Source: Opitutia bacterium
GTDB lineage: Bacteria > Verrucomicrobiota > Verrucomicrobiia > Opitutales > UBA2995
Direction: 5' to 3'
Length of the DNA stretch: 53,992 nt
Assembly (NCBI GenBank): GCA_014529615.1
Contig: JAABVD010000002.1
Location: 1,750 to 55,741 of the forward strand
This document shows, in pieces, positions 1-8,849 of the stretch. The position numbers and the translations under genes were made by a program. Under the pieces are notes generated by a model. It saw only the letters and a list, made by a program, of their open reading frames with translations, did no database searches and was not told where the DNA came from. How positions within the stretch are numbered: the stretch's first letter is position 1; each line of letters starts with the position of its first letter.

Positions 1-77
<77 letters not shown>

Positions 78-220
78 CTGTGAATAAGGGGTTTACAGTT
101 TGTGGACAAATGGGACTTGCGGATGTGGTGAGACGGTAAAAAGTAAAGGTCGCCAAGGCGCACAGGGGCAATTTCGGTCCGTGTGCCCTGTGGGGGATCC
201 ATTGCTCCCGGTCCAGTCCA

Positions 221-3200
221 ATGTCCGCTACCAAAAACGAATTCGTCCACTTGCATTTGCATACTGATTACAGTCTGCTGGATGGAGCCTGCAGGATCGA
301 TCGATTGGCAGAAAGGGCAAAGGAATTGGGCATGCCGGCGGTGGCCATGACGGACCACGGCAATCTTTTCGGAGCCATCGATTTCTATAAGCCCCTCAAG
401 GGCGCCGGGTTGAAACCGATAATCGGCTGCGAGATCTACCTGGTGCACGATCACAAGATGGATGAGAAACCCCGCCGAAGGAGGAAGCGGACCGAGGACA
501 TAGGAGAATTGCCGGAGTATCGGGAATTGCAACCGGAGGAATTTCCCAAGCACCAGATTCACCACAAAACCGTGCTTTGTCGCGATTTCGAGGGATATCA
601 AAACCTGTCAAAACTGGTTTCCGAAGCCCATACGAAAGGACAATATTACAAACCACGCACGGACATGGAACGCCTGGCCGCCCACAGCAGGGGTTTGATC
701 GGGTTGAGCGGATGTATCAACGGGGTGGCCCCTCAGCACCTGCTCTACGGTAATTATGCGAAGGCCAGGGAGGTAACGGGGGAGTTCGTCGATATCTTCG
801 GCAAGGAAAACTATTTTATCGAACTCCACGATCACGGTCTTCAATTCCAAAGGAAAATTTTCCCGGGCTTGTTGAAGCTGGCTCGAGAATTCGACCTGAA
901 GGTGGTTTGCTCAAATGACGTGCACTACGTCAAAAAAGAGGACTGGCAGCCTCATGACGCGCTCCTCTGCATTCAAACCGGCCGGAAGCTGGCCGATGAC
1001 AATCGCATGAAGTACCCTTCCCGGGAGTTTTACCTGAAGAGCCGGGAGGAAATGCTGGAGGTTTTCCGGGAGGTGCCGGAATCGTTGGACAATACCCTGC
1101 TGGTGGCGGAAATGAGCGACCTGAAGATCCCCTTTGGCGGGAATCACTATCCGGTATTCGAAAAACCGGCGGAGGTATCGTTTCGGAAGGATCCGGACAA
1201 TTTCGACCGCATGCTGGAAATCTTCGTCTCGGAAAAGGAAAAGCTCAACCGGCAAAGCGGGACGGAGAACCCGGCCGAGGTGGACCGGTCCACCTTTGGG
1301 GCATGCCGCAATAACGGCCTCTTTCTTTTCGACCTGTGCAAAGGGGGGCTGAAGGAGCGTTACGGCATCGATTACGACCAAGTGCGAGGACCCGAGGCGG
1401 AAGCGCCCACCTCGGCGGAGGAAGGAAAGGGGGAAGCGCCCCCGGCCGAATCTCCGGAATTTGCCGCATTTCTTTGTTCGAAGCTGGAATACGAGTTGGC
1501 CATCATCGTGGGCACGGGATTTACCGACTACTTTCTCATTGTGTGGGATTTCATCGACTGGGCGCGGTCCCAGGGCATACCGATAGGCCCTGGGAGGGGA
1601 TCCGGGGCCGGAAGCCTGGTGTCCTTCGTGTTGAGGATCACGGATATCGAACCCCTGCGTTTCGGCTTGTTGTTCGAGCGGATGCTGAATCTGGCGCGCG
1701 TGTCTCCACCGGATTTCGACGTGGATTTTTGCATGCGGCGGCGGGATGAAGTGGTCCAATACGTGCGCGACAAATACGGGGAGGACGCCGTGGCCAACAT
1801 CATTACCTTTGGCAAATTCGGGGCCAAGATGGTGGTCCGCGATCTGGCCCGGGTGAACGATGTTCCCTACGCGGAAGCGGACCGGATGGCGCGGATGATC
1901 CCGGACGAACTCAATATTTCCCTGGAGGAATCGGTGGCAAAATCGGGAGAGTTGCGTGCGGAATTGGACAACAATCCGCTGGCGAGCTCCATTGTGGAGC
2001 AAGGTCAGGTCATCGAAGGGATGGTGCGCAATACGGGCAAGCACGCCTGTGGCATCATCATTGCCGATCAATCCATACACAACCTGATCCCGGTGACCAT
2101 GCAGGAGGGAGATTTGACCACTCAGTTTCCCAAGGGTCCGGTGGAGGACCTCGGCCTGCTGAAGATGGATTTCCTGGGATTGAAAACCCTGACGGTCATA
2201 TCCGACGCGCAGGAGAACGTCCGCCAAGCCAGGAACCTCCCGGATTTCGATATCGAAACCATCTCCCTGGACGATGCCAAAACCTTCGATCTGCTCAACA
2301 GCGGCGAGACTACGGGGGTATTCCAATTGGAGAGCGAGGGCATGCAATCGCTTTGCCGGCAAATCAGCCTGAGTTCCTTCGAGGAGATCATCGCCCTTAT
2401 CGCCCTCTACCGGCCCGGGCCGATGCAGTTCATTCCCCAGTTTGTCGAAGGGAAGAAGGATCCCTCCAGCCTGCGGGTTCCCCACCCTCTCTTGCAGGAT
2501 CTGGTGGGTGAAACCTATGGGGTGCTGGTCTATCAGGAACAGGTGATGGAGGCGGCCCGGATCATTGCCGGCTACACCTTGGAAGGGGCCGATATACTGC
2601 GCCGGGCCATGGGCAAGAAGATCAAATCGGTGATGGAGGCGCAAAAGGAGATCTTCGTCCATGGCGCCCGAATGCATAACGATATAGATGAGAGAACGGC
2701 CCTGGAAATTTTCGGCATCCTGGAAAAATTTGCCCAGTACGGATTCAACAAGTCGCACTCTGCCGCCTACGCGATTTTGAGTTATCGCACCGCCTACCTG
2801 AAGGCCAATTACCCGGTGGAATTCATGGCCGCGGTTCTTTCCAACGAACTGGGCAACGCGGACAAGGTGGCCCATTACATCGATGAATGCGCCGCCATGA
2901 AGGTAGCGGTCTTCGGGCCGGACATCAATATATCGCGGGAAAAGTTTACCCCGGTCATCGACACCGAGTCCGGACACGGGAGTATCCGCTTCGGATTGGC
3001 GGCCATCAAAGGCGTGGGTGACGCGGCCTCTCAAATGATCATTGCCAACCGGGAGGCGGAGGGTCCGTTTGAGGATTTCCATTCCTTCATGGACCGGGTC
3101 GACTCCAAGACGGTAAACCGGCGGGTTGTGGAATGCCTGATCAAATCGGGCGCGTTCGACGCTTTCGGGGAGGGCAGGCAAGCCCTGATGGAGGGGTTGG

Positions 3201-4072
3201 ACGTGGCTATCAGCGTCGCGGCCCAGCGTCAGCGCGACCGGGAACGCGGCCAGGAGTCCTTCCTGGACCTTCTGGGGGACCCCGATACTCTCAGCGGCAA
3301 CGGAAAGGGCATCGTTGTGAGCGAGACCGGGGATGGAGGGAAAATCCCTCAAATGCCCTTGGCGGAAAAGTTGCAATTTGAAAAGGAATTGCTGGGCTTC
3401 TACGTGTCGGGGCACCCCATGAGAGAGTTCGATGAACTGGCCCGGGACATAATCAGTTTTGATGCGGACAGGGCGAAGGAATTATCGGACCGGGCGACCT
3501 TCCGCTACTGCGGGGTCATTTCCAACGTGGTCAAAAAACTCTCGCGTCGGGATGACCGGCCCTGGGCCTTATTCAACATTTCCACCGAGTCGCACAATTT
3601 CAAGATGAACATGTTTGCCGAGGCTTTCGCAAGTTACGGACACATGTTGGTGGAAGGGAAAACTCTCGTGGCAAGTGGAACGGTAATAAACCGGGAAGCG
3701 GATGATCTGAGGTTTAGTGTGCGGGAGGTTTCCCCGCTTCGAAGCGCCATTCCCAAACTCATTCGGGAGGTGCGTTGGATCCTGAATGCGAAAGAAGACA
3801 CGGTGGATTTTCTACAAACCCTGCGCCGCGACCTGGATTCAAGGCGAGGGGGTAGCACGCGCTTGTTTATCGGCTTCCTTATTTCCGAAAATCAGGTGCT
3901 CTGGGGGGATATCGCCCCCGCCCTGACCTGGCTGGTTGAACCGAGGACCTTCACCGAGCTGAAAAACCATCCTTCGGTGGTTCAGGTCTCGACCACAACG
4001 GCTCCATTGGGGGAATTCGATTGGAACAACTCCTGGGAAGCGCCCAAGGGCGCGGGGAGAATGGTGGAGTGA
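221..4072 (+). CDS. dnaE: DNA polymerase III alpha subunit
   Basis: 1283-aa ORF with an ATG start. It has the N-terminal PHP motif [13 protein letters not shown] and the motifs [12 protein letters not shown] and [12 protein letters not shown] typical of DnaE. The last ~11 codons and the TGA stop lie inside repeat modules B and A. Confidence 0.98.
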   Translation: MSATKNEFVHLHLHTDYSLLDGACRIDRLAERAKELGMPAVAMTDHGNLFGAIDFYKPLKGAGLKPIIGCEIYLVHDHKMDEKPRRRRKRTEDIGELPEYRELQPEEFPKHQIHHKTVLCRDFEGYQNLSKLVSEAHTKGQYYKPRTDMERLAAHSRGLIGLSGCINGVAPQHLLYGNYAKAREVTGEFVDIFGKENYFIELHDHGLQFQRKIFPGLLKLAREFDLKVVCSNDVHYVKKEDWQPHDALLCIQTGRKLADDNRMKYPSREFYLKSREEMLEVFREVPESLDNTLLVAEMSDLKIPFGGNHYPVFEKPAEVSFRKDPDNFDRMLEIFVSEKEKLNRQSGTENPAEVDRSTFGACRNNGLFLFDLCKGGLKERYGIDYDQVRGPEAEAPTSAEEGKGEAPPAESPEFAAFLCSKLEYELAIIVGTGFTDYFLIVWDFIDWARSQGIPIGPGRGSGAGSLVSFVLRITDIEPLRFGLLFERMLNLARVSPPDFDVDFCMRRRDEVVQYVRDKYGEDAVANIITFGKFGAKMVVRDLARVNDVPYAEADRMARMIPDELNISLEESVAKSGELRAELDNNPLASSIVEQGQVIEGMVRNTGKHACGIIIADQSIHNLIPVTMQEGDLTTQFPKGPVEDLGLLKMDFLGLKTLTVISDAQENVRQARNLPDFDIETISLDDAKTFDLLNSGETTGVFQLESEGMQSLCRQISLSSFEEIIALIALYRPGPMQFIPQFVEGKKDPSSLRVPHPLLQDLVGETYGVLVYQEQVMEAARIIAGYTLEGADILRRAMGKKIKSVMEAQKEIFVHGARMHNDIDERTALEIFGILEKFAQYGFNKSHSAAYAILSYRTAYLKANYPVEFMAAVLSNELGNADKVAHYIDECAAMKVAVFGPDINISREKFTPVIDTESGHGSIRFGLAAIKGVGDAASQMIIANREAEGPFEDFHSFMDRVDSKTVNRRVVECLIKSGAFDAFGEGRQALMEGLDVAISVAAQRQRDRERGQESFLDLLGDPDTLSGNGKGIVVSETGDGGKIPQMPLAEKLQFEKELLGFYVSGHPMREFDELARDIISFDADRAKELSDRATFRYCGVISNVVKKLSRRDDRPWALFNISTESHNFKMNMFAEAFASYGHMLVEGKTLVASGTVINREADDLRFSVREVSPLRSAIPKLIREVRWILNAKEDTVDFLQTLRRDLDSRRGGSTRLFIGFLISENQVLWGDIAPALTWLVEPRTFTELKNHPSVVQVSTTTAPLGEFDWNNSWEAPKGAGRMVE

Positions 4073-4685
4073 TGGAGTGATGGAGTGATGGAGTGGTGGG
4101 GTGGTGGAGTGATGGGGAGGCGCGCTGGGGCGCGGGGGGAGAGGAGAGGACTCTCGCAAAGAGCGCATAGTAACGCAAAGATGGGGGAGATGCGCCCAAA
4201 AGCGCGAATGAGGAATTAGGAATTGGGGAGAGAGATCATGATCAGGATCACGATCAGGATCATGATTGGAGAGGGGGAGAGTTGCTGAGTTGCTGAGAGG
4301 GGAAAGTGTGTTTTTGCGCCTTTTGCGTTCTTTTGTGGCTATTTTTCCTATTTCCGATTGGCAGGTGGAAGTAGCTGTAGGAGCGGAATTATGCCGCGAT
4401 TTGGGTGAGGCTGTTTCGAGCAATCGCGGCGTAAAGCCGCTCCTACGTTTGAAAGCAGCCGAATATGTCTGCTCATCCCTTTGCGTCTCTTCGCGGGCTT
4501 CGCGAGAGTCTATTCCATAATCCTGTTCATCCTGTGCATCCATGTTTCACTTTGGAACCACCTGCCTCAGCAACTAAGCATCTTCGCATCTCTTATCCTT
4601 TGTGCCTCTGTGGTTAAAATGGGGAGAGAGGGGGGAGAGATCAGGATCATGATCACGATCAAGATCACGATTGGAGAGGGAGGGG
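4040..4685. repeat. Intergenic module mosaic R1 (B-A-B-J'-B-C-D-E-F-G-J-I-E'-K-D)
   Basis: Read directly from the sequence. The modules are (GGAGTGAT)n at 4063-4117 and GC hairpins at 4040-4054, 4119-4134 and 4192-4206. AATTAGG repeats lie at 4213-4226, (GATCAN)5 at 4234-4269 and (GAGTTGCT)2 at 4279-4297. The F block is at ~4307-4342 and the palindrome G at 4377-4446. J/I lie at 4478-4546, K at 4597-4622 and a second (GATCAN)5 at 4639-4674. The same modules recur at nine other loci. Confidence 0.85.
4377..4446. repeat. 70-bp nested palindrome (module G, REP-like)
   Basis: The arms are GTAGGAGCGGAATTATGCCGCGATT and AATCGCGGCGTAAAGCCGCTCCTAC. They are reverse complements except for the loops of an internal GCGG-N-CCGC mini-hairpin in each arm. 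Half copies lie at 10936-10960 and ~45731-45754. Confidence 0.8.
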
Positions 4686-4706
4686 TCCTGGCGGGAGGGT
4701 GTCGGG

Positions 4707-5279
4707 TTAACGGGAGTAGGCGTGACACAGGGCCACACCGGCCGCGTCGGCCTCGTCAAAAGCCAGGGCTTCGCCGAGGTCGAGCATTTGTTTAACGGTG
4801 TGGGCGATCTGATGCTTGCTAGCAAGGCCGTATCAAACGACCGCCTGCTTGATGCGCAATGGGGGGTACTCGAATACAGGCTTTTTCAGGGTAGCGGCGG
4901 CGGCGATAGCGGCGCCCCGGGCGGCTCCCAGGATCAGGGCGGTCTTGATATTTTGCACAAAAATGGTCTGTTCCAGGGCAACCGAGGTCACGGAAAATTG
5001 CTCAATCATTTCGCTGGTGGACTTGTAAATATAGGCTAGGCAATCCGGCATGGAAGCATTTGCTTTCATTTTCAAGGTGGCGCTTGCCAGGAGCTTCGGT
5101 GGCGAAACTTCCAAGGTTACCACGGCCAGGCCGGTAGCTCTCAGGCTCGGGTCGATACCCAAAATGACTCCGGAAGCTCGGCGGCGGGCCCGGCCGACAT
5201 TGGGGGCTTGGGCTTTTGATGGGGGCAACTTGCCAGCCAATTTCATGGCCCATAAATCGCGGGTAGACGGCTTTGGCAT
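4707..5279 (-). pseudogene. ruvC: Holliday junction resolvase RuvC interrupted by one in-frame TGA (4833-4835)
   Basis: The upstream part carries the RuvC motifs ILGIDPSLRATGLAVV, LEQTIFVQN and LRIKQAVV. After the TGA the same frame continues as YGLASKHQIAHTVKQMLDLGEALAFDEADAAGVALCHAYSR and ends at TAA (4707-4709). The TGA sits where RuvC proteins have the conserved Gly of VVG.G.A.K.Q. Confidence 0.8.
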
Positions 5280-5364
5280 TCGAGGGGAAGGTCAGGAGAT
5301 GAATAGGAAAAGGATGAGGCAACTATAGAGCACTGGACGGCTTATTCAAATTGAAATGGGTTAA

Positions 5365-5555
5365 GGCGCGCTGGGGCGCGCCAATTAGGAATTAGGAGGA
5401 GGAAAGGCACAAAGGCACAAGGGCACAAAGGGGGAAGCGCGCTGGGGCGCGGGGGGAAGGGAATGGTGGAGTGATGGAATGGAGGAGAGAGGGGGGAGAG
5501 AGATCAAGATCACGATCAGGATCACGATCAGGATCAGGATCAGGATTGGAGGGGA
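5365..5555. repeat. Intergenic module mosaic R2 (B-C-L'-B-A-D)
   Basis: The hairpin GGCGCGC-TGGG-GCGCGCC is at 5365-5382 and AATTAGG repeats at 5383-5396. GGAAAGGCACAAAGGCACAAGGGCACAAAGG lies at 5401-5431 and a second hairpin at 5437-5451. GGAGTGATGG is at 5465-5483 and (GATCAN)7 at 5502-5549. The B-C-L'-B block matches the reverse complement of 44519-44612. Confidence 0.85.
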
Positions 5556-5599
5556 GGGATGGATTGGTGAGGTTAAAACGCAAGGGTGGGAAATGCAGG

Positions 5600-6349
5600 T
5601 TAAAGGACGAGTTGCAGGCTGGCCAGAACGGTTATGGCCAAGGCAAACAGCTCAAATCCCTTCTGCGGAATATGGGCCAGGATGAAGCGACCCATTACAG
5701 CGCCGGCCAAAACGACCGGGATGATCTTCAGGCCGAACCAAAGGACTTCCGGAGTTACCACCTCGATGGACCAGAGAAAGGGAAACTTGAAAAGGTTGAG
5801 GAAGAGAAAGAACCAGGCTCCGGTGCCCATAAACTCCATCTTGGGCAGAGCCACGGCCAAAAAGAACAACATCATGACGGGGGCGGCCGAATTGGCCACG
5901 GTGGAAGTAAACCCGGCCAGCAGCCCGGTAATACCGATAAACCACCACGTATGGGGCAGGAGATCCGTTATGCCGCTAATCTTGAGGAAGTAGCTGCGGG
6001 CAATGTGTAAACTGACGAGGATCAACAGGCAAAACCCGATAAGCCTGCCCACGATCTCCTCATCGAGCCGGTCGAGCAGCAACCAGCCCGACAGGACCCC
6101 CACAATGGTCCAGGGAATGATGGGCAGGAGGTATTTCCAAACGGCGTGGCGGCGGAAAAAATAAAACGCGGCCCAATCCCCGATCATGAGGAGCATCAGA
6201 ACGAGACCGACGGACATCTTGGGTGGAAAAATCAGGGCGAATACGGCCACGGTGATGTTGGAGACCCCGAGCACTCCCCCTTTGGACAGTCCCACCAAAA
6301 AAGATCCGGTCAGGATCCAAAAAAGGATGGGTAAATCAAAAGGTTCCAT
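5600..6349 (-). CDS. TauE/SafE (TSUP) family anion exporter, membrane protein
   Basis: 249-aa, highly hydrophobic multi-TM ORF with an ATG start. The N-terminal LVGLSKGGVLGV and the repeated G-rich TM pattern are typical of DUF81/TauE proteins. Confidence 0.75.
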   Translation of the reverse strand: MEPFDLPILFWILTGSFLVGLSKGGVLGVSNITVAVFALIFPPKMSVGLVLMLLMIGDWAAFYFFRRHAVWKYLLPIIPWTIVGVLSGWLLLDRLDEEIVGRLIGFCLLILVSLHIARSYFLKISGITDLLPHTWWFIGITGLLAGFTSTVANSAAPVMMLFFLAVALPKMEFMGTGAWFFLFLNLFKFPFLWSIEVVTPEVLWFGLKIIPVVLAGAVMGRFILAHIPQKGFELFALAITVLASLQLVL

Positions 6350-6365
6350 GTCGTTGAGGAGACTC

Positions 6366-6528
6366 CCTAACCCACATTTCTAACAAATTTTCTACTGCGC
6401 TCCGAAATATCGGCACTGGTGGGGACTTCGCTGGATTCGCGTCTTTGCAGGGTGTCGACCCAGCTTCATCCGCGCCTCTGCCCGAAGCCCACACCAGCAC
6501 TTGTGAGAAATGCGGGCTAACCCGCGAT
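6366..6528. repeat. TIR-bounded ~160-bp interspersed element, copy 1 (MITE-like or structured RNA)
   Basis: It aligns over ~105 nt nearly base-for-base with 41396-41500 (core CTACTGCGCTCCG.AAT..CGGCACTGGTG.GGACTTCG.TGGATTCGCG.CTTTGCAGGGTGTCGACCCAGCTTC). The ends CCCACATTTCTAACAA and TTGTGAGAAATGCGGG are inverted repeats. Confidence 0.75.
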
Positions 6529-6568
6529 GCCGGGCCATGTGTGTCCGAAATAACGCACCGGTCAGGTC

Positions 6569-7648
6569 TCATTCCCTTTCCTCGAATTTTCCATCGGTTA
6601 CATGAAACACCTGCCATGAAACAGGCGATTCGACGGAGGGAATTGCGGTAGCGGCGGCCATTACCTGGACCGATTCTCCGACCGCTTTCCAGAAATTCGA
6701 TTTGCGCCGGTTGTCCAGTTCCTCCAGGATATCATCGGCTACAAGCACTGGAACCACCCCCGATACACGACGGAGGTATTGCAATTGAGCCAGTTTCAAA
6801 CTGATAACCATGCTTCGTTGCTGGCCTTCCGAGGCATAATCCCGCGCCATTTTGGACTCCAGATGAAAGGAGATATCATCGCGATGAGGTCCGTGCTGGG
6901 TTGATTTCAAGAGATGGTCTCTCTCCCGGTTTGCTTGAAACGATGCCAGGTAGTCCTCTGGAGAAGACGCCTCCAGGTCGGGCTTGTAATGGAGTTCCGG
7001 ATTCTCCCGGACGGGAGAGACAATCTGATATATCCGCTTCATCTCGGCGGCCAGTTTGGCCATTTCAGAGGCTCGGTGAGCGTGTAATCGAGCTGCCTTT
7101 TCCGCCAGCATCTTTTCAAACACGTCCAGCTCGGCGGGTTTCCCGTCTATTTTCAGAAGGGCATTTCGCTGATGCAGGAGTCGGTGAAAATCCCGCAGGT
7201 CGTCGTAATATTCCGCGTTTCCGGAAGCCAGGAGCAGGTTGAGCCATTGCCGCCGGACCCCGGGGGAACCGCGCAACAACTGGATATCCCGGCCACTGAG
7301 AACCACTACTGGGAAACGGCCGATGAAGTCGCGGAACCGGGTCACCTTTTTCCCGTCTACAACGACTTCCTTTCCCCGTCTCTTGAGGGTTATCCAAACC
7401 TCGGTCAGGTCGAAGCGTTCATCGGCCAGGCAGAAGGCCAATTTTGCTTCCCTGCAATCATGTCTGATCAAGGTCTTCCCATCCCGGGTGCGAAATGACC
7501 GCAAGGCAGTCAACAGGCCTACGGATTCCAACAGGTTTGTCTTACCCTGGGCATTGGGACCGGCCAAAAACTGAGTGCACCCATCCAGCTTGAGATCTGC
7601 AAACTCTATATTGCGGTAATTCTGCAGCTTGATTCGTGTGACCCGCAT
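6569..7648 (-). CDS. recF: DNA replication and repair protein RecF
   Basis: The protein starts MRVTRIKLQNYRNI and has the Walker A motif GPNAQGKTNLLE. The ABC-type signature region is QGQQRSMVISLKLAQ and the Walker B motif is VLVADDILEELD. The start is placed at the ATG at 7648; the ORF track extends it 13 codons further. Confidence 0.95.
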   Translation of the reverse strand: MRVTRIKLQNYRNIEFADLKLDGCTQFLAGPNAQGKTNLLESVGLLTALRSFRTRDGKTLIRHDCREAKLAFCLADERFDLTEVWITLKRRGKEVVVDGKKVTRFRDFIGRFPVVVLSGRDIQLLRGSPGVRRQWLNLLLASGNAEYYDDLRDFHRLLHQRNALLKIDGKPAELDVFEKMLAEKAARLHAHRASEMAKLAAEMKRIYQIVSPVRENPELHYKPDLEASSPEDYLASFQANRERDHLLKSTQHGPHRDDISFHLESKMARDYASEGQQRSMVISLKLAQLQYLRRVSGVVPVLVADDILEELDNRRKSNFWKAVGESVQVMAAATAIPSVESPVSWQVFHVTDGKFEERE

Positions 7649-7653
7649 TAATT

Positions 7654-8814
7654 TCAGACGGAAATTACCTCCGTTAAACCGTCGCAAGAGGCGTCTGGTT
7701 TGAGGGATTGCCAGGTTTCGAGAAAGGCCTCGGCCAGATCAGCCCAGGATTCCGGGCCGGTCTGCGGACCGGAACTTACGCGTATGGTTCGACGGGATTC
7801 CCCTCTGGTGAAATCCATGGCTCGCATGGTGGGAGAGCGACCGGTTTTGCCGGTGGCGCAAGCTGACCCGGTGGATACCTGAAATCCCTTTACATCCAAT
7901 TTGGTAACCCAGCGCAGGTTTTCGTATATCGGCAAAATGACAAAGGATGTATTGGGAAGACGAGGAGCCGATTTTCCGACGCATTTCAGGCCTGGAATCC
8001 CCCTGATAAGGCGGTCCTCGAAAACGTCCCGATGATCCTTTTGGGCCAACATCCCCTCCCGGTGCCGGTCGGCCCAACCCAGGGCCGCTACCATGGATAA
8101 AATTCCCGGGATGTTCTCGGTGCCTCCCCGCCGCCCCCCTTCCTGGGGGCCGCCGAAAACGGACCGAAAACCATACCAGTTTTCAGATAGAGCCAGGAAG
8201 CCCACTCCTTTTGGTCCTCCGAACTTGTGGCTGCATCCGACCAGGAAATCGCAATTATCAAACCGGTAATTCGGGCATTTCCCGAACCACTGGGAAGCGT
8301 CGCAGTGGTAGGCAACGCCATTTTCCCTGCATATCCGGCCAAGTCTGCCCCAGGGCTGGATGACACGGGTTTCGTTGTTGGCGGCCATGACGGAGACCGC
8401 GCCCGGACGACCAGCAGCCATAACGGCCCCGAGATGATCCACATCCAGGACACCTTCCGGGGAAACGGGCAGCAAATCCAGCCGCCCCTTGAAGAAATGG
8501 TTGGCCGGTTCCATGACGGAAGGGTGTTCGATAGCGGAAATAGCCAGACCCTTCTCCTGGGGAAGGATTTCGGCGAGGTAACGGATGACCGAGTTATTGG
8601 CTTCGGTAGCCCCGCCGGTGAACACCATGCCCGTCCCTTTTCCATGAAGGCGGTCGGCAAGATTTTCCCGGGCTGTGTCCAAGGCAAGGCGCACCCGGGC
8701 AGATACCTTGTAAGGGCTGGAGGGGTTGGCCCATTGGCCATCGACGGCATCGAACAGGGCGTCTTTTGCCGCCCTGTTCAGAGGGGTGGTCGAATTATAA
8801 TCAAAGTAGGTCAT
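7654..8814 (-). CDS. Cysteine desulfurase, class V aminotransferase (NifS/IscS-like)
   Basis: Motifs present are FDYNSTTP, GGATEANN, AIEHPSV, the PLP-lysine motif SHKFGGPKGVGFL, RGGTENIPGI and the catalytic-Cys region STGSACA. Confidence 0.9.
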   Translation of the reverse strand: MTYFDYNSTTPLNRAAKDALFDAVDGQWANPSSPYKVSARVRLALDTARENLADRLHGKGTGMVFTGGATEANNSVIRYLAEILPQEKGLAISAIEHPSVMEPANHFFKGRLDLLPVSPEGVLDVDHLGAVMAAGRPGAVSVMAANNETRVIQPWGRLGRICRENGVAYHCDASQWFGKCPNYRFDNCDFLVGCSHKFGGPKGVGFLALSENWYGFRSVFGGPQEGGRRGGTENIPGILSMVAALGWADRHREGMLAQKDHRDVFEDRLIRGIPGLKCVGKSAPRLPNTSFVILPIYENLRWVTKLDVKGFQVSTGSACATGKTGRSPTMRAMDFTRGESRRTIRVSSGPQTGPESWADLAEAFLETWQSLKPDASCDGLTEVISV

Positions 8815-8849
8815 CCCCTCCCTCCCGGGAAATGGTGGGCCAAACCGTT

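Noticed and set aside
911-3415. 834-aa ORF antisense to dnaE, plus the many shorter ORFs listed inside dnaE
   Set aside because: It lies entirely within the dnaE coding region on the opposite strand. The translation is low-complexity (Arg/Gly/His/Pro-rich) with no recognisable motif. It is a typical shadow ORF.
3839-4543. ORFs translated from the repeat mosaics as real proteins (for example 3839-4543, 4481-4795, 5392-5583, 5471-6010, 39532-40053, 44401-44925 and 46722-46994, with HHSITP, SRSGSRSGS and ITIRITI-type peptides)
   Set aside because: The same DNA modules are read in different frames and on different strands at different loci. No frame is conserved, so the peptides are by-products of tandem repeats.
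4234-4674. CRISPR array
   Set aside because: The repeats have a 6-8 nt period and are directly tandem with no spacers. There are no 25-40 nt repeat units and no cas genes in the window.
4833-4835. UGA reassigned to glycine (genetic code 25) as the explanation for the ruvC stop
   Set aside because: Many well-conserved genes here (dnaE, kdsD, gyrB, gyrA, kdsB, carA) end at TGA at the expected protein length. No other conserved gene shows an internal TGA.
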